A stretch of 59,805 nucleotides of DNA, the filler included. It is 4 parts of 4 records of this genome, joined end to end, with 100 filler letters (N's around TTAATTAATTAA, not from the genome) between each part and the next. Parts side by side here need not be neighbours in the genome. Positions count along the whole stretch, not along the records: positions 1 to 22,647 come from SRR31156797_15420; 3 more parts are not named here. One strand, 5' to 3'. Positions 9,334 to 21,668 of the stretch are shown here, piece by piece. Position numbers and translations under genes: made by a program. The notes beneath the pieces were generated by a model. It was not told the origin of the DNA and searched no databases. It saw nothing but the letters and a program-made list of their open reading frames with translations. The first letter of the stretch is position 1. Each line of letters begins with the position of its first letter.

Positions 9334-11994
9334 CTACCCCTTCAGACCAAGGGCAGCATAAACTGCATTCATATCTACATTCTCACGAACAACCGCGGCA
9401 AGACGATCAAGACCTTCTTCCATATTGAAAACCGACTGCACTTTGCCCAGCTTGGGTAAGCCCTTACGGGTACGCAGGAAATCCACAAACCAACGCCGGA
9501 ACTCATCGGCATCAAAAATACCATGCAGGTAAGTTCCCCAGATAAGGCCAGATTTGGAACCGAAGCCCAAAACCTTTGAAATCGGCACTCCGCCACTGAT
9601 CCCCTGCGGGACAATAGCCGCCCGCACAGTAGGGAGCAACGGCTCGGTCTTACCGTGATGGATTTCATAGCCGACAACTTCCAGCTTGCTCTGTGAATGC
9701 ATACCAGTGGTACGGGTCAGAGTCTTTTCCAGTGCAAGGGTGGTCTGTAAGGGCAACAGCCCCAGACCTTCGGCAGAACCGCCGGATTCTATTTCATCCG
9801 GGTCACTGATAAATTGGCCTAACATCTGGAAACCGCCACAAATTCCAATGATCACCGATTCATCACGCAGCCCCTTCACAGCATCAGCCAGACCGGATTC
9901 ACGCAGATGTGCAAGATCGGAAAGAGTAGACTTGCTCCCCGGAAGGATTACTGCGTCAGGATTTCCAAGATCTTCAGGTTTATCGACCACCCGCAAATTC
10001 ACATCCGGCTCACCCTTAAGAGAATCAAGATCCGTAAAATTGGAAATGCGCGGCAGATCGATGCAGACCACATCAACACAGTTCTTGCGCTTGCCCTCGG
10101 AGCCAGACTTCTTCAAATCCTCCTTGAATGAAACAGAATCCTCATCCGGCAAACCGAGATTAGCGATAAAGGGTATGGTTCCCAGCACAGGCTTTCCGGT
10201 ATGACTGAGCGTAAAATCAAGGGCCGGAGTTAAAAGTGAGGCATCCCCACGAAACTTATTAAGCAGAAATCCGCAGACCAACTCCCGTTCTTTCGGCTCC
10301 AGCAAATCCATAGTCCCGGCCAGAGAGGCGAAAACCCCGCCCCGGTCAATATCTCCGGTGATGAGTACCTTGGCCTCGGCATAATCAGCCATGGCCATGT
10401 TTACAATATCGTGCTGCTTAAGATTGATCTCCGCAGGACTGCCCGCACCTTCAATGACCATCACGTCAGCATCCCCGCTTAGGGAATCGTAAGCATCCTT
10501 GACCGCCTCAAAAGCCGTAGGTTTGTATTCAACGTACTTCTTCACTTTCATATTACCCACGGGCTTGCCCATGACAATAACCTGCGAACCGATATCACTG
10601 CCCGGCTTAAGCAGCACAGGATTCATGCGCACATCCGGGGACAGCTTGCAGGCCGCAGCCTGAGTAACCTGCGCCCTGCCCATTTCCAGACCGTCGTCAG
10701 TCACAAAGGAATTGAGCGACATATTCTGAGCCTTGAACGGAGCAACGTTGAAGCCGTCCTGCAGAAAGATACGGCAAAACGCCGCAGCGAGAATTGATTT
10801 CCCGGCATTGGAACAGGTTCCCTGAATCATCAGGGCCGGAGTCTTTTCCGGCTTGGGTGCGGAAACCTCCATACCGGAAAAAGAACGCAAACCGTCAAGG
10901 AGCACACGGTTTTCTTCTTCAGTACGCACGGCAATGCGGAAATAAGTAGAATCCAGTCCGTCAAAATTATCGCAATGGCGCACAGCCACCCGGTTCTTGA
11001 TCAGATGCTCAATGAGTCCGGCAGCATCCATGCCTACCCGCTGCACCTGACAAAGCATGAAGTTGGCCTGCGAAGGTAAAGCCCGAATACCGGGGACCTC
11101 CAGAATGCCCTGCGCCAATTCCTCGCGCAAGCGGACCGTAGTATCAATGCTCTTGCGCTCATACTCCTCATCTTGCAGACAGCGCAGTCCCACCTTCTGG
11201 GCCAGAATATTTACCGACCAGCAAGGCAGCACATTCTTGATCTCCATGATGATCTCAGGCGAAGCAAAAGCCAGCCCCAGCCGCAAACCGGGAATAGCGT
11301 AAAATTTGGTCATGGAAACAACGGTGATCACGTTGGGCGGGCGCTGTCCGGCCAAACGTTCCAATCCCGGCACAAAATCGGCAAAGGATTCATCGATCAC
11401 AAACCGGGAATCAGGGTGTTTGCGGGCTAAAGCTTTCAATTCCGCAGGATCAAAGGCGGTCCCGGTGGGATTGTTGGGCTGGGCGAGAAACACCAGAGCT
11501 GGAGATACGGAGAGAAAAGATGAAAGGGTCTCAAAATCCGGGGCAAACCCGCGCTGCGGATCAAGGGGAATATGCTCGGTCTTCAACCCGGCAATCTTGC
11601 AGGAACGCTCATAATCCACATAGCAGGGAACCGGGATCACCGCCCGCTTGAACCCACCAACCCGGGCAATGGCTGCAATCAACTCCGAAGCCCCGTTCCC
11701 GGCCACACATTCCGTAGGCCAGACCGAAAATTTTTCACAAGCAGCAAGGGTTAGTTCCGAGCACTCGGGGTCAGGATAACGGTCCACTTCAGCAAGAGCC
11801 CTACTCACTTCCTGCTGCAACCATGTCGGCGGTCCCAGTGGATTTATATTAGCCGAAAAATCCACAATCTCAGAGGAAGGACATCCAGCCCGGTCAGCCA
11901 ACTGCCGCAGGTTACCGCCGTGGGCATATTTCCTTTTTTCAGTTTCTATATCAGCAAGTTGTTCTTTTAAGGACTGCTCGTTAAAAGACTTCAT
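9334..11994 (-). CDS. cobQ: fused threonine-phosphate decarboxylase (CobD) / cobyric acid synthase (CobQ)
   Basis: [34 protein letters not shown], then [44 protein letters not shown]. Confidence 0.95.
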   Translation of the reverse strand: MKSFNEQSLKEQLADIETEKRKYAHGGNLRQLADRAGCPSSEIVDFSANINPLGPPTWLQQEVSRALAEVDRYPDPECSELTLAACEKFSVWPTECVAGNGASELIAAIARVGGFKRAVIPVPCYVDYERSCKIAGLKTEHIPLDPQRGFAPDFETLSSFLSVSPALVFLAQPNNPTGTAFDPAELKALARKHPDSRFVIDESFADFVPGLERLAGQRPPNVITVVSMTKFYAIPGLRLGLAFASPEIIMEIKNVLPCWSVNILAQKVGLRCLQDEEYERKSIDTTVRLREELAQGILEVPGIRALPSQANFMLCQVQRVGMDAAGLIEHLIKNRVAVRHCDNFDGLDSTYFRIAVRTEEENRVLLDGLRSFSGMEVSAPKPEKTPALMIQGTCSNAGKSILAAAFCRIFLQDGFNVAPFKAQNMSLNSFVTDDGLEMGRAQVTQAAACKLSPDVRMNPVLLKPGSDIGSQVIVMGKPVGNMKVKKYVEYKPTAFEAVKDAYDSLSGDADVMVIEGAGSPAEINLKQHDIVNMAMADYAEAKVLITGDIDRGGVFASLAGTMDLLEPKERELVCGFLLNKFRGDASLLTPALDFTLSHTGKPVLGTIPFIANLGLPDEDSVSFKEDLKKSGSEGKRKNCVDVVCIDLPRISNFTDLDSLKGEPDVNLRVVDKPEDLGNPDAVILPGSKSTLSDLAHLRESGLADAVKGLRDESVIIGICGGFQMLGQFISDPDEIESGGSAEGLGLLPLQTTLALEKTLTRTTGMHSQSKLEVVGYEIHHGKTEPLLPTVRAAIVPQGISGGVPISKVLGFGSKSGLIWGTYLHGIFDADEFRRWFVDFLRTRKGLPKLGKVQSVFNMEEGLDRLAAVVRENVDMNAVYAALGLKG

Positions 11995-12152
11995 ACGCTC
12001 TCTCCGTTGGATGAAGGAAATTTATATTCAATGTATAACTGGAAATGGAATCGGGTTCAAATAGGACTTTTAATTTCACACTGGCGAAACAAACTGAAGC
12101 CGTATACCATCAGGAAAATTCAAAATATCGACCAAAAATCGGGAGAGCCACC

Positions 12153-12521
12153 ATGAAGTATCAGGCTATCAATTTCAAGGATAAACTTTCGAAATGCCAA
12201 GAACATTGGTCCCCGCGCGTAATCGCGGAAATGAACGATTACCAGTTCAAGCTGGTCAAACTCAAAGGGGAATTCGTCTGGCACGATCACAAGGATACGG
12301 ATGAAACCTTCATGGTCATTGAGGGGGAACTGGACATCCTCTTCCGGGACGGAAAAGTCACCCTAGGCGCTGGTGAAATGTACGTGATTCCCAAAGAGGT
12401 TGAGCATAAGCCCGTTGCAGTAGAAGAATGCAAGGTAATGCTCATAGAACCGCGCGGCGTTATAAATACCGGAGATGCAGATGGAGGGGAGCTTACTGCT
12501 GAGAATGATGTTTGGGTTTAA
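12153..12521 (+). CDS. cupin domain protein
   Basis: GEFVWHDHKDTDETF...VEHKP; ATG after GGAGAG. Confidence 0.9.
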   Translation: MKYQAINFKDKLSKCQEHWSPRVIAEMNDYQFKLVKLKGEFVWHDHKDTDETFMVIEGELDILFRDGKVTLGAGEMYVIPKEVEHKPVAVEECKVMLIEPRGVINTGDADGGELTAENDVWV

Positions 12522-12538
12522 GGGCATAAAAATCTCGG

Positions 12539-13618
12539 CTAAAGTTTAAACACTCCGGCCACATGGTTTAGCAACTGCTTGCTGTCTGTTTTAAGCAATG
12601 ATGGAGGAGCACAATCTCTCTGCATAACCTTCATTAATAATTGGGGGATCTCCGCCATACCCTGATACTCATAAACCCCGTCACACCCCCCATAGCTTCT
12701 GGCGGCATGCTGGCTGGAAATGACAGGAATTCCGGCCCTCAATAGTTCAGGAATTTTGGTTAATGCCCCAGATCCGACATCCTGATGCAATACACAGGCA
12801 CTACATTCAGTCAAAAGAGCTTCCAGCCTGACTTCATCAACTCCCCCAACCACATTAACTGCTTCGGGTGCATTTTCCCGATCAAAAAAACGATCAACAC
12901 CATAACCAGCCAGCACAAGAGGCAGATTTCCCCCCGTGATTTCAGACCAGTTATTAACCAATTTTTTCATACCAAATAATGTAGGAGGATTGTAAGCAGT
13001 ACCCAGGCAAAGGCAATATTTTTTCTTTGACTTGCTACGGGCAATACGAATTTTTGCCAATTGAGCTTCGTTACCTTCAGATGGAAAGTAAGAATAATTA
13101 TAGCATTCCACGCCCATATTCCTGAGCAACCATGCATCTTCACAGGCAATGGTTACACACAAAGCAGAGATTGCCACAACATCCACTTCCTCTTGAAGCA
13201 GATTCCACTGCGCTTTGACATGCAAAGAACGTGGCAAAAATGATTCAATATTGTGTATGACTGAGACTACTGGAATTTTGCTTTCCGCAAGAGCCCTCAT
13301 TGTTAGTGGAAAAAAGACTGGATCATCAACAACTGCCCCCTTGATGTCAGCAGCCTCCACAGCCTTAGAAAGAGACTTATCCAAACCTAGCTGCGAAGCA
13401 ATGTACCCGTTAAAGCCATAAAGTGAATCAAAATCCTGATCAGTAGAAAACAAAGCATAAGTTAATTCGGTCACCGGACTATGCGCATAAGAAGAAAGAT
13501 CGGCAAGCTCAACTCCAATATCTGCAAAAAGAGAAGCCATCTGCCTTGTTCGTCTGTTCCCACCGTGGCCACCAGCTATTGCAGCGAATCGCGTGATATA
13601 TGGAAGTTCAGGTAACAC
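12539..13618 (-). CDS. putative GT-B glycosyltransferase
   Basis: HNIES, GSGALTKIPELLRAGIPVISS GT4-like C-terminal motif. Confidence 0.65.
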   Translation of the reverse strand: MLPELPYITRFAAIAGGHGGNRRTRQMASLFADIGVELADLSSYAHSPVTELTYALFSTDQDFDSLYGFNGYIASQLGLDKSLSKAVEAADIKGAVVDDPVFFPLTMRALAESKIPVVSVIHNIESFLPRSLHVKAQWNLLQEEVDVVAISALCVTIACEDAWLLRNMGVECYNYSYFPSEGNEAQLAKIRIARSKSKKKYCLCLGTAYNPPTLFGMKKLVNNWSEITGGNLPLVLAGYGVDRFFDRENAPEAVNVVGGVDEVRLEALLTECSACVLHQDVGSGALTKIPELLRAGIPVISSQHAARSYGGCDGVYEYQGMAEIPQLLMKVMQRDCAPPSLLKTDSKQLLNHVAGVFKL

Positions 13619-13633
13619 TATTTCCCCTCTGTT

Positions 13634-14566
13634 TTAAGGCGCATAAAACCCGGTACACCCCTTACAAAGTTCCAGCTCATCCTTACGCCCTTCCTTGAAA
13701 GCCCGGATCATTTCTAGACGGGTGGGATGGGCGGCGAGCTCTTCGAGGGAATTTTCCAGCACAGAGCCGAATACACCGCGCTCATTGAGATCGTTGCAGC
13801 AGACTGTGACCTTGCCTTCGGGCAGGATAACCAGATTTTTTTGCAGCAGAAAGCAGACTTCGCCTACACGCTGCTCGGCAATCACCTGATAGCCGCTGTC
13901 GTCAACGCCGAGATCGACGCTGCCGTCCCAATTGTGCGGATTCCGCACGCTGACCTTATCCGCCAATTGCAGGAGTCCGCTAAATTCAGGGTCCATTTCG
14001 CCGCCGGGCAGTCCTTCGGCCGGGATCATGCATATTATTTCAGTCTGCACAGGCTCCTTGGCACGGCTGTTAATTTCCATAAAGGTTTGCACATTACGCC
14101 GGACCACGTCCCACTTTGCGCCTTTGCGGATGGATTCAAACGCAGCAGGAGAACCGCCGTCAATGCTGAAACGGACCTGCGTAACCGCCCTGCTGCGGCA
14201 GATTTGTTCGGATACTTTCGGAGTCAGCAGCATGCCGTTGGTCAAAAGACCGATGGTTACTGATGAAGGAATGGAAGGACGATGGCGACGGATGACGGAA
14301 AGCATTCCCGGCAAGTTCGGATGAAGCAAAGTCTCACCTCCGTTATGCAAATCTATACGCCGTAGATTCTTAAACACTCCTGAGCCCAACTCCTGAAAAA
14401 CCTTTTCAAGCACAGCTCTGGACATGACTTTGCGTTCCTTCCCATGGTCCAACGCGCACCACTGGCAACGCAGGTTACAGGAAGAATTAAACTCTAAATT
14501 AAACAAAGTTATTAATTCTGCATATAACATATCCAGACACACTACACTAACTTGCGAACCTTTCAA
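13634..14566 (-). CDS. radical SAM protein with SPASM/twitch domain (start may be 14530)
   Basis: CNLRCQWC, GGETLLHP, TNG, SIDG; C-terminal C...VCC.D...G...C..C. Confidence 0.9.
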   Translation of the reverse strand: MKGSQVSVVCLDMLYAELITLFNLEFNSSCNLRCQWCALDHGKERKVMSRAVLEKVFQELGSGVFKNLRRIDLHNGGETLLHPNLPGMLSVIRRHRPSIPSSVTIGLLTNGMLLTPKVSEQICRSRAVTQVRFSIDGGSPAAFESIRKGAKWDVVRRNVQTFMEINSRAKEPVQTEIICMIPAEGLPGGEMDPEFSGLLQLADKVSVRNPHNWDGSVDLGVDDSGYQVIAEQRVGEVCFLLQKNLVILPEGKVTVCCNDLNERGVFGSVLENSLEELAAHPTRLEMIRAFKEGRKDELELCKGCTGFYAP

Positions 14567-14572
14567 AGTTTT

Positions 14573-15667
14573 TTATTCAACCTTGCACCGTTTACGGGCA
14601 GCAATAAACTTTGGATGAGCATCCGGCAGCAACTTGGAATAAATATCAAAAGCCCTGCGGCATAGTTCAGCAGCTTCATCGTGGTCGCCGTGCTTTCTCT
14701 TACACTGGGCCACGCGGGTGCACCCATCAGCCACGGGGACCGATTCCTCACCGTAAATGGCTATCACCGCCGAAAGAGCTGACTCATAAAGAGGCAGGGC
14801 TTCATTGAATTTATCCGAGTGCATAAAAACATCACCCAAACCGATCTGGCATTTGCTAATAATATTCCGGGTGCACTCGTCAGTGTCACAGACCATGCCC
14901 AGCCCCTGCTTGAACAAGGCTTCAGCCTGCCAATAATCTTCAGTAATCAGAGCCAGCTTTCCAGCCTCATAAATGTGGACAACCCCGGCCTTCCCGGTCT
15001 CGATTCCACTAACCAGTGCGTCCATGGCTCCATCATAATCAAGATCATTTTTAGCCAACAATCCCAGATGAAAATAGGCGTCAGCTTCACGCCTTGCATA
15101 AGCATTCCGCTTCACCGCGGACTCTTCCGCTATCCTGCTCCAGATAGTACGGGCCTCTCCGCTATCACCGGAAACAAGCATGGATTCCGCAGATTCAATC
15201 TCGGTTTCAGAAATCCAGCCACGCAGAATTTCCAATTGCTCGGCAAGGCCTGAAATAGCCTTAACGGAATCAGCGTAACCGGACTCAATAAAGAGCAAAC
15301 GCTGTTCAGCCTCTTTCAACGCTGCGGAAATCTTTCGGAACTCCGGAGAATCTACATCACGAAGCAGCTGCAAATCCACCTTAAGAGCGGCGACCTTGTC
15401 CCGCAGATCGTCCTCGTATTTCTCTAAAGTAAAATTCCCGCGCCCAGGCATCTTGGGCTTGAGGACAGAAAAAGTCACGATTAATACAGCAATCCCCGCA
15501 ACAGCAAAAGCCATAATTATAAGCTTACCTTCCGGAGTAATAGCCTCCCACCATCTTTCGGAATCTATCGCTGCGGAAGCAAAGACATCCACCCCGCCAA
15601 CAAAAATTACGCCCATTACCGTCAGGCACAACGTTAAAATCAATCTGCTGTCAGTAAAAAATTTCAT
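14573..15667 (-). CDS. membrane-anchored tetratricopeptide repeat protein
   Basis: Two N-terminal hydrophobic segments, coiled region, TPR-like helices (EALPLYESAL, AAELCRRAFDI). Confidence 0.8.
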   Translation of the reverse strand: MKFFTDSRLILTLCLTVMGVIFVGGVDVFASAAIDSERWWEAITPEGKLIIMAFAVAGIAVLIVTFSVLKPKMPGRGNFTLEKYEDDLRDKVAALKVDLQLLRDVDSPEFRKISAALKEAEQRLLFIESGYADSVKAISGLAEQLEILRGWISETEIESAESMLVSGDSGEARTIWSRIAEESAVKRNAYARREADAYFHLGLLAKNDLDYDGAMDALVSGIETGKAGVVHIYEAGKLALITEDYWQAEALFKQGLGMVCDTDECTRNIISKCQIGLGDVFMHSDKFNEALPLYESALSAVIAIYGEESVPVADGCTRVAQCKRKHGDHDEAAELCRRAFDIYSKLLPDAHPKFIAARKRCKVE

Positions 15668-15763
15668 ATTGCAACTCTCCTGCGGAACGTGATTATTTAT
15701 CACCTTAAATAATAGCAGAGCAGGAAGGGTAGTCAATGAAAGTTGGATAAAACCAGCTTATCC

Positions 15764-18040
15764 CTATCTTGAATATTTGATTAGAATTTTTTCAACATCT
15801 CCAATCTGTGTGGGTTTGGACAAGTAATCATTCATACCAGCAGCCAAAAAATCATCTTTATCTCCCGCCATGGCGTATGCGGTACATGCGATAATTGGAA
15901 TATCTTTAGCAGCCTCTCCGCCCTCTCCACCACGAATCCGGGAAGCAGCTTCAAGTCCACCCATTTTTGGCATCTGGATATCCATAAAAATCAAATCAAA
16001 CATCATGTTGCCAGCACTTAAAATCTCCATCACCTCGCAACCATCACCGGCAACAGAAACATTACAGCCATATTGCTCCAAAAAACTCTTAAGCGTAAGC
16101 AGGTTCACCTTTTCATCTTCAGCAACAAGAATCTCAAATTCCTTAATTGAATTTTTATCCGGAACGAAGGAGCTTTCTTCAACTTTTAATGGCTGATCAA
16201 CAGCTTCGAATTCCAAACAAAAATTAATAGATGTCCCGACATTAATCTCGCTGATTATTGAAAGACTTCCCCCCATCAATTCCAAAAGTTTCTTTACAAT
16301 AGCAAGCCCTAAGCCTGCCCCCTCATAATTTCGAGTCCTACTCGTATCGGCTTGGGTAAAGGAATTAAAAATTGAATCTAATTTATTGTCTTCTATACCA
16401 ATTCCAGAATCAGAAACGGAAAACAAAATTTGATGATAGTCAGACTGTCCGCGCTCAAGAAGACATGCCTCCACTAAAACTGCTCCTGAATCGGTAAATT
16501 TCAAAGCATTGCCAATCAAATTGTTAAAAATCTGGTGCAACCGATTGCTGTCGCCAATCATTTTTGCCGGTACATTCCCCGAGATTTCAACCCGCAGACC
16601 AATATTTTTCTGAACAGCAACAGGCTTAAAAAGTGCGTGAACGGAATTCAAAACATTAAAAAGGTCAAACTCAGTATTAACTATCTGTAGATGCCCGGAT
16701 TCAATCATTGTAATATCAAGGATATCACTTAAAAGCTGGGTCAACCGCTTACATGATTCCATTGCAAACTCACAATGTTCTTCCTGCGTCTGACTCATTC
16801 CGCTCATATGCATCAATTGCAACATGCCCATAATCCCATTTAAGGGAGTCCGGATTTCATGAGACATATTTGCCAGAAATTCCGACTTGGCAATATTAGC
16901 AGTTTCGGCTTCCAGTTTTGCTGCAATAAGTTTCTCTTCAACCTTTTTACGTTCCAGCACCAAGGTAATGTTTTTACTGAAAAGAGACAGGATATAGATA
17001 TCTTCCTCAGACCATTGCCGATGTTCAAGAACAGAATCAAAACCGACAAATCCGACAAGGCGATCATTGAAATACATCGGTTCTATGAGGACAGACCATA
17101 TTTTCTGCCCCTGAAGGACTTCCTTGTCCGGCAACTCATCAGGCAAAGCAGCCACATCCGGTATATAATAGGGCTCCCTTTTGCGCAGAGTTCTCCAAAG
17201 CAATGATTCCGGTTCTTTTAAATCAATATTCTGCAATTCATGAATTTGCGGATCTATGTTTTCAGCGCACCATTCATGCGTGTTGTCGCATATGGATGAG
17301 TTGCCGCGCATAAGAAAAACATAAGCCCGCCCTACCCCGGTAAAACGGCAGATATCCTTCAGAGCCTTGGTCAGCCCTTCATCAATCCGGTCCACAGACA
17401 GATTAAGAAAATCCGAGGCTACTTTACTGACTAGATTTTCAAAGACAATTCGTCTGGAAAGAGAATTCTCTGCTTCTTTCCTCTTAGTAATATTCAGCGC
17501 GGTAAAGGAGACCCCTTTTGACCAGTCATTATCGTCCAAAGGTTTTGAACTCAAAATGACATGTATAATCCTGCCATCTTTACGTTTGAATCTAGTCTCA
17601 ACTGAACCAGTGCCTTTCTCTTTTATCTGGGCATATTTATATTTACTTACGTATTTAAAATCATCATCGCTAGGATAAACAACGCGGGAAGATTTACCTA
17701 TCAATTCTTCTCTGGAGTACCCTGTCATCTCGCAAAAGAAATCATTCACTTCCCGAAAAACACGGTCAACAACCACTCCAATTCCAATAGGAGCCGCAGA
17801 CAACAGTGTTTCCAACTGTGTTTCCCGTGCTTCTAAAAGCTCCTCTGTTTTTCTTTGTTTACTGCTAAACAACGTATACAAATAAAAAACAGCACCCGTA
17901 ATTGAACCAAAAACAAATGGAACAACGAATGTTTGTGGAAGCAATGACCACCCCATAAGAGACTTCTGGGCAGCGGACAGCAGACAGAGAATGATAGCAC
18001 CGCAAATGGCCGAGAATAGGAAACGAATTACAGAAAACAT
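15764..18040 (-). CDS. hybrid sensor histidine kinase (TM-PAS-GAF-HisKA-HATPase-REC)
   Basis: [38 protein letters not shown]. Confidence 0.95.
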   Translation of the reverse strand: MFSVIRFLFSAICGAIILCLLSAAQKSLMGWSLLPQTFVVPFVFGSITGAVFYLYTLFSSKQRKTEELLEARETQLETLLSAAPIGIGVVVDRVFREVNDFFCEMTGYSREELIGKSSRVVYPSDDDFKYVSKYKYAQIKEKGTGSVETRFKRKDGRIIHVILSSKPLDDNDWSKGVSFTALNITKRKEAENSLSRRIVFENLVSKVASDFLNLSVDRIDEGLTKALKDICRFTGVGRAYVFLMRGNSSICDNTHEWCAENIDPQIHELQNIDLKEPESLLWRTLRKREPYYIPDVAALPDELPDKEVLQGQKIWSVLIEPMYFNDRLVGFVGFDSVLEHRQWSEEDIYILSLFSKNITLVLERKKVEEKLIAAKLEAETANIAKSEFLANMSHEIRTPLNGIMGMLQLMHMSGMSQTQEEHCEFAMESCKRLTQLLSDILDITMIESGHLQIVNTEFDLFNVLNSVHALFKPVAVQKNIGLRVEISGNVPAKMIGDSNRLHQIFNNLIGNALKFTDSGAVLVEACLLERGQSDYHQILFSVSDSGIGIEDNKLDSIFNSFTQADTSRTRNYEGAGLGLAIVKKLLELMGGSLSIISEINVGTSINFCLEFEAVDQPLKVEESSFVPDKNSIKEFEILVAEDEKVNLLTLKSFLEQYGCNVSVAGDGCEVMEILSAGNMMFDLIFMDIQMPKMGGLEAASRIRGGEGGEAAKDIPIIACTAYAMAGDKDDFLAAGMNDYLSKPTQIGDVEKILIKYSR

Positions 18041-18124
18041 AAATCCTCCAGACTATAATCTACCACTCTTCAGCCGACTATTCCATCTATAACACAACAC
18101 ATCTTCCTTCCAGAATAAAAAACT

Positions 18125-18154
18125 AAAGCCCCGGTACAAACGTACCGGGGCTTT
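18125..18154 (-). terminator. intrinsic terminator of lepA-lepB
   Basis: AAAGCCCCGGTAC-AAAC-GTACCGGGGCTTT. Confidence 0.8.
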
Positions 18155-18182
18155 CATGTATCCAGATTTCAACTGTGTGCGC

Positions 18183-18785
18183 TTAGTGCAGGATGTCACC
18201 AATGCGATCCCAGCGAACGGTCTTGGGACCGCCCCAAGACCAGTAGATAATCCACGCCTTTCCTAAGATGTTCTCTCTGGGAACATTGCCCCAGAATCTG
18301 GAATCGTTGGATCCATCGCGGTTGTCGCCCATAACGAAATATTCGTTCTCGGGAATTACCCGGGGCGGCATGTTATCACGCAGCGTTGAAACGTGGGTGG
18401 TATCGGTGTACTGCACGTAAGGCTCAACGAGCTCTTTGCCGTTTACGAAGACCTTCTTACTCTTGATCTCCACAGTATCACCGGGTACGCCGATAACCCT
18501 TTTAATGTAATCCTTGCTGGGGTCTCCGGGGTATTTGAAGACAATAATGTCCTGATACTCGGGATCGCCCACCGGCACGACAACCTTCCCGGTAAAGGGA
18601 ACTTTCACGCCGTAGGAAAATTTGCTTACCAGCAGATGGTCTCCGATCTGGAGAGTCTGCAACATGGAACCGGACGGAATCTTGAAGGCCTGCACAATAA
18701 AGGTTCGGATAAAAAGAGCCAGTATGAGTGCGATAAAAAGAGCTTCAATATATTCCTTCACAGTGCTCTGCCATCTGGGATTCAT
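18183..18785 (-). CDS. lepB: signal peptidase I
   Basis: IPSGSM, YIKRVIGVPGD, GDNRDGSNDSRFWG; directly downstream of lepA. Confidence 0.97.
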   Translation of the reverse strand: MNPRWQSTVKEYIEALFIALILALFIRTFIVQAFKIPSGSMLQTLQIGDHLLVSKFSYGVKVPFTGKVVVPVGDPEYQDIIVFKYPGDPSKDYIKRVIGVPGDTVEIKSKKVFVNGKELVEPYVQYTDTTHVSTLRDNMPPRVIPENEYFVMGDNRDGSNDSRFWGNVPRENILGKAWIIYWSWGGPKTVRWDRIGDILH

Positions 18786-18865
18786 AATTAATATCCTTAT
18801 AGTTTCCTGCGCTTAACACAGGGCGAGTCGTTTTCTTGAAACGTTCCAGCTGCCCGGACCTAGGA

Positions 18866-20671
18866 TTAATCTTCTCCGGCCTTAAGTACTGCCATGAACG
18901 CTTCCTGCGGAATCTCGACATTACCCATCTTCTTCATGCGCTTCTTACCTTCCTTCTGCTTTTCCAGAAGCTTGCGCTTACGGGTAATATCCCCGCCATA
19001 ACACTTGGCGGTAACGTTTTTCCTGAACGGGGCCACTCGTTCTTTAGCGATGATCTTGCGACCGATCGCGGCCTGAATAACAATTTCAAACATCTGGCGC
19101 GGGATAGCTCTTTTCAGCTTAAGGGCAAGTGAACGTCCGAAAGGATATGCTGAATCCTTATGGACAATGGCTGAGAAGGCATCCACCGGATCAGTGTTGA
19201 TCAGGATGTCGAGCTTTACCAGATTCGATTCGCGGTAATCAATAATTTCGTAATCAAGGGAAGCATAGCCCTTGGTATGCGACTTAAGCTTATCAAAGAA
19301 ATCGTACATGATTTCCGCAAAGGGAACTTCATAAGTAATGATAACCCTTGAAGATGTCAGATAGCGCATATCCTTCTGGATTCCGCGTTTTTCCTCACAG
19401 AGCTTGAGCACCGCGCCAACATAATCGTTGGGCACGTGAATTTCAAGACGACAGAAAGGTTCAGCCAGTGATTCGAGATCACCGCCGTCGGGCATCTTGC
19501 TGGGGTTATCAATTTCAAGGACATCACCGTTATTCAGCCTTGCCTGATAAACAACGGAAGGCGCGGTGGCGATGAGCTTGGCCTGAAACTCACGTTCCAG
19601 ACGTTCCTGAATAATTTCCATATGCAGCAGACCGAGGAAACCGCAGCGGAAACCGAATCCAAGGGCTGTGGATGTTTCCGGCTCAAAAGAAAACGCGGTG
19701 TCGTTGAGCTGCAATTTTTCCAGCGCGGCCTTGAGCGGCTCATACTCGGCAGGTTCCACCGGATAAAGTCCACAGAAAACCATGGGCTTAACTTCCTGAA
19801 AACCGGGGAACGGATCTTCAACCGGATCAGCGGCAAGGGTAACGGTATCGCCCACGGGCGCATCGTTGAGTTCCTTCATGCTGGCGCAGAGAAAACCAAC
19901 CTCACCGGCAGCCAGCTCTTTGGCCTTCTGCGGTTCAGGGGTGTAAACACCAAGGGTGGTCACATCAAAAGTGCGTCCGGTGGAGTGAATCTGGATCTTG
20001 TCACCCTTTTTGAGGGTACCGTCCAGAATCCTGAACAGAACCACAACGCCCTGATAAGAATCGTACCAGGAATCGAAGATCAGAGCCTTGAGCGGCGCAT
20101 CAGGATCGCCTTGCGGAGCAGGCAGGTCCTTAACGATGGACTCAAGCACGTCTTCCACGTTCAGGCCGGTTTTGGCACTGATCATGAGCGGCTCGGAGCA
20201 GTCCAGTCCGATAACTTCCTCGATTTCCTGCCCTACACGTTCGCAATCGGAACTAGGCAGATCCACCTTGTTAAGCACGGGCACGATTTCAAGGTCGTGG
20301 TCCAATGCCAGAAATACGTTGGCAAGAGTCTGCGCTTCGACACCCTGAGTGGAGTCAACCACCAGCAGCGCGCCTTCGGAAGCAGCAAGGCTTCGGGAAA
20401 CCTCATAGCTGAAATCCACGTGACCGGGGGTATCGATCAGGTTGAGGATATATTCCTCGCCATCCTTGGCCTTGTACGGAATACGTACAGTCTGGGCCTT
20501 AATGGTGATGCCGCGTTCCTGCTCCAGTTCCATTTTATCAAGGTACTGGTCCTTTTTCTCACGTTCGGAAACCATTCCGGTGAGTTCAAGGATACGGTCC
20601 GCAAGGGTGGACTTGCCGTGGTCAATATGCGCGATGATACTGAAATTTCTTATTTTATCTAATTTAGCCAT
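18866..20671 (-). CDS. lepA: translation elongation factor 4
   Basis: [46 protein letters not shown]. Confidence 0.98.
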   Translation of the reverse strand: MAKLDKIRNFSIIAHIDHGKSTLADRILELTGMVSEREKKDQYLDKMELEQERGITIKAQTVRIPYKAKDGEEYILNLIDTPGHVDFSYEVSRSLAASEGALLVVDSTQGVEAQTLANVFLALDHDLEIVPVLNKVDLPSSDCERVGQEIEEVIGLDCSEPLMISAKTGLNVEDVLESIVKDLPAPQGDPDAPLKALIFDSWYDSYQGVVVLFRILDGTLKKGDKIQIHSTGRTFDVTTLGVYTPEPQKAKELAAGEVGFLCASMKELNDAPVGDTVTLAADPVEDPFPGFQEVKPMVFCGLYPVEPAEYEPLKAALEKLQLNDTAFSFEPETSTALGFGFRCGFLGLLHMEIIQERLEREFQAKLIATAPSVVYQARLNNGDVLEIDNPSKMPDGGDLESLAEPFCRLEIHVPNDYVGAVLKLCEEKRGIQKDMRYLTSSRVIITYEVPFAEIMYDFFDKLKSHTKGYASLDYEIIDYRESNLVKLDILINTDPVDAFSAIVHKDSAYPFGRSLALKLKRAIPRQMFEIVIQAAIGRKIIAKERVAPFRKNVTAKCYGGDITRKRKLLEKQKEGKKRMKKMGNVEIPQEAFMAVLKAGED

Positions 20672-21083
20672 ATGAAAAAAGTCGGCGGCCTCCAAGGGTC
20701 GTCGCCTTATGTTATCTTCTTTTGTCTTCCCGTTCCGATTTGAAACAGGGGTAAAGGGGATTCCTTATTACGGTATTTGTGAGCCGCTGTCTAATATGTA
20801 ATTGAGGTCCCGGCAAGCACTAACTGGACGCCTTTGCCCCAAAATCATTACTAAGCTAATAACTTCATTACATTCAAAAAGAAATGTTACGTTTTTTTCA
20901 CAAAACCAATTGATTGACCCATCAATTTATATTAAAGAAGAAATCAGGTCTATAAAAATTGAAACTGCGACTGCATTGCATTTCATAGTCAGGTGCTAAT
21001 AATTTCTTTGGGTTATAGGGAATGAGAAATTACATCGTGCAGAAAAGACTGCTTCAGACTATGGATTATGGATACTACTGGAA

Positions 21084-21515
21084 TCAGACTTTGCCGAGAG
21101 CGCTGCCCGGAAGCGTAGATTCAAGAGCGCCGGACTGTCGGGAATAGGCATTGATTGCCCTGCTTCTCATGTAACCGGTGCTCCCGGGATTGAATATGGC
21201 GGAATCCTCGGAAAGAGCCGTTTGGGTAAGAGCGAGCTGCTGATATACATTCTGCACGTGCCGCTCTTCGCTCTGAGTACGGGGATAGGTTTTTGATCGG
21301 AATTCGCGCGAAGCCTTTGCTGCTTCGTCCGGTTCAAATTCGAGGTCCTTTGCAGTGAAGTTTATACCGAGCTTACCGATATTAAAGCCGAATTTACGCG
21401 TGACCACGCGTGCCTTCACCTTTTCCACCTCGGCTGCAGTGTCTCTTGACCACTTTTTCGCATTATCAGCATATTGGCTGATGCCCTGCGCTGCTATTCT
21501 CACTACGTACTCCAC
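21084..21515 (-). CDS. hypothetical protein
   Basis: 143-aa ORF with GTG start and no recognisable motif. Confidence 0.6.
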   Translation of the reverse strand: MEYVVRIAAQGISQYADNAKKWSRDTAAEVEKVKARVVTRKFGFNIGKLGINFTAKDLEFEPDEAAKASREFRSKTYPRTQSEERHVQNVYQQLALTQTALSEDSAIFNPGSTGYMRSRAINAYSRQSGALESTLPGSALGKV

Positions 21516-21539
21516 CAGAAAAAACCGTTCCGCGTATAC

Positions 21540-21668
21540 AAAAAAAGGCCGACTGCCTGAAAAGGCAATCCGCCGTATCTGCGATTATTCGCAATCATCC
21601 ATGAAGGATACGCGGTATTTCCGGCTTCCGTCCGTGGAAGCTGATGAAAATAAACTTCTGCTAAGTTG
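21540..21668 (-). ncRNA. candidate structured sRNA or attenuator leader with CsrA-type GGA loops
   Basis: TTGCCA-17-TATATA promoter (21703-21675); hairpins GCUUCC-ACGGAC-GGAAGC and UCAUGGAUGA; UGCGA-AUAA-UCGCA; terminator stem plus U7 at 21574-21540. Confidence 0.5.

Noticed and set aside
9334-11994. CobD-CobQ fusion as a novelty
   Set aside because: A known arrangement in sulfate-reducing deltaproteobacteria.
12017-12031. Partial match to the TetR operator upstream of cobD-cobQ (GAAATTTATATTCAA)
   Set aside because: Left half-site is broken and the region is AT-rich; could be chance.
19622-20662. 346-aa plus-strand ORF
   Set aside because: Antisense shadow of lepA with no motif of its own; the same applies to most short overlapping ORFs in the track.
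20681-20706. Hairpin around the GGAGG upstream of lepA
   Set aside because: On the coding (minus) strand it has several A-C mismatches; too weak to call regulatory.
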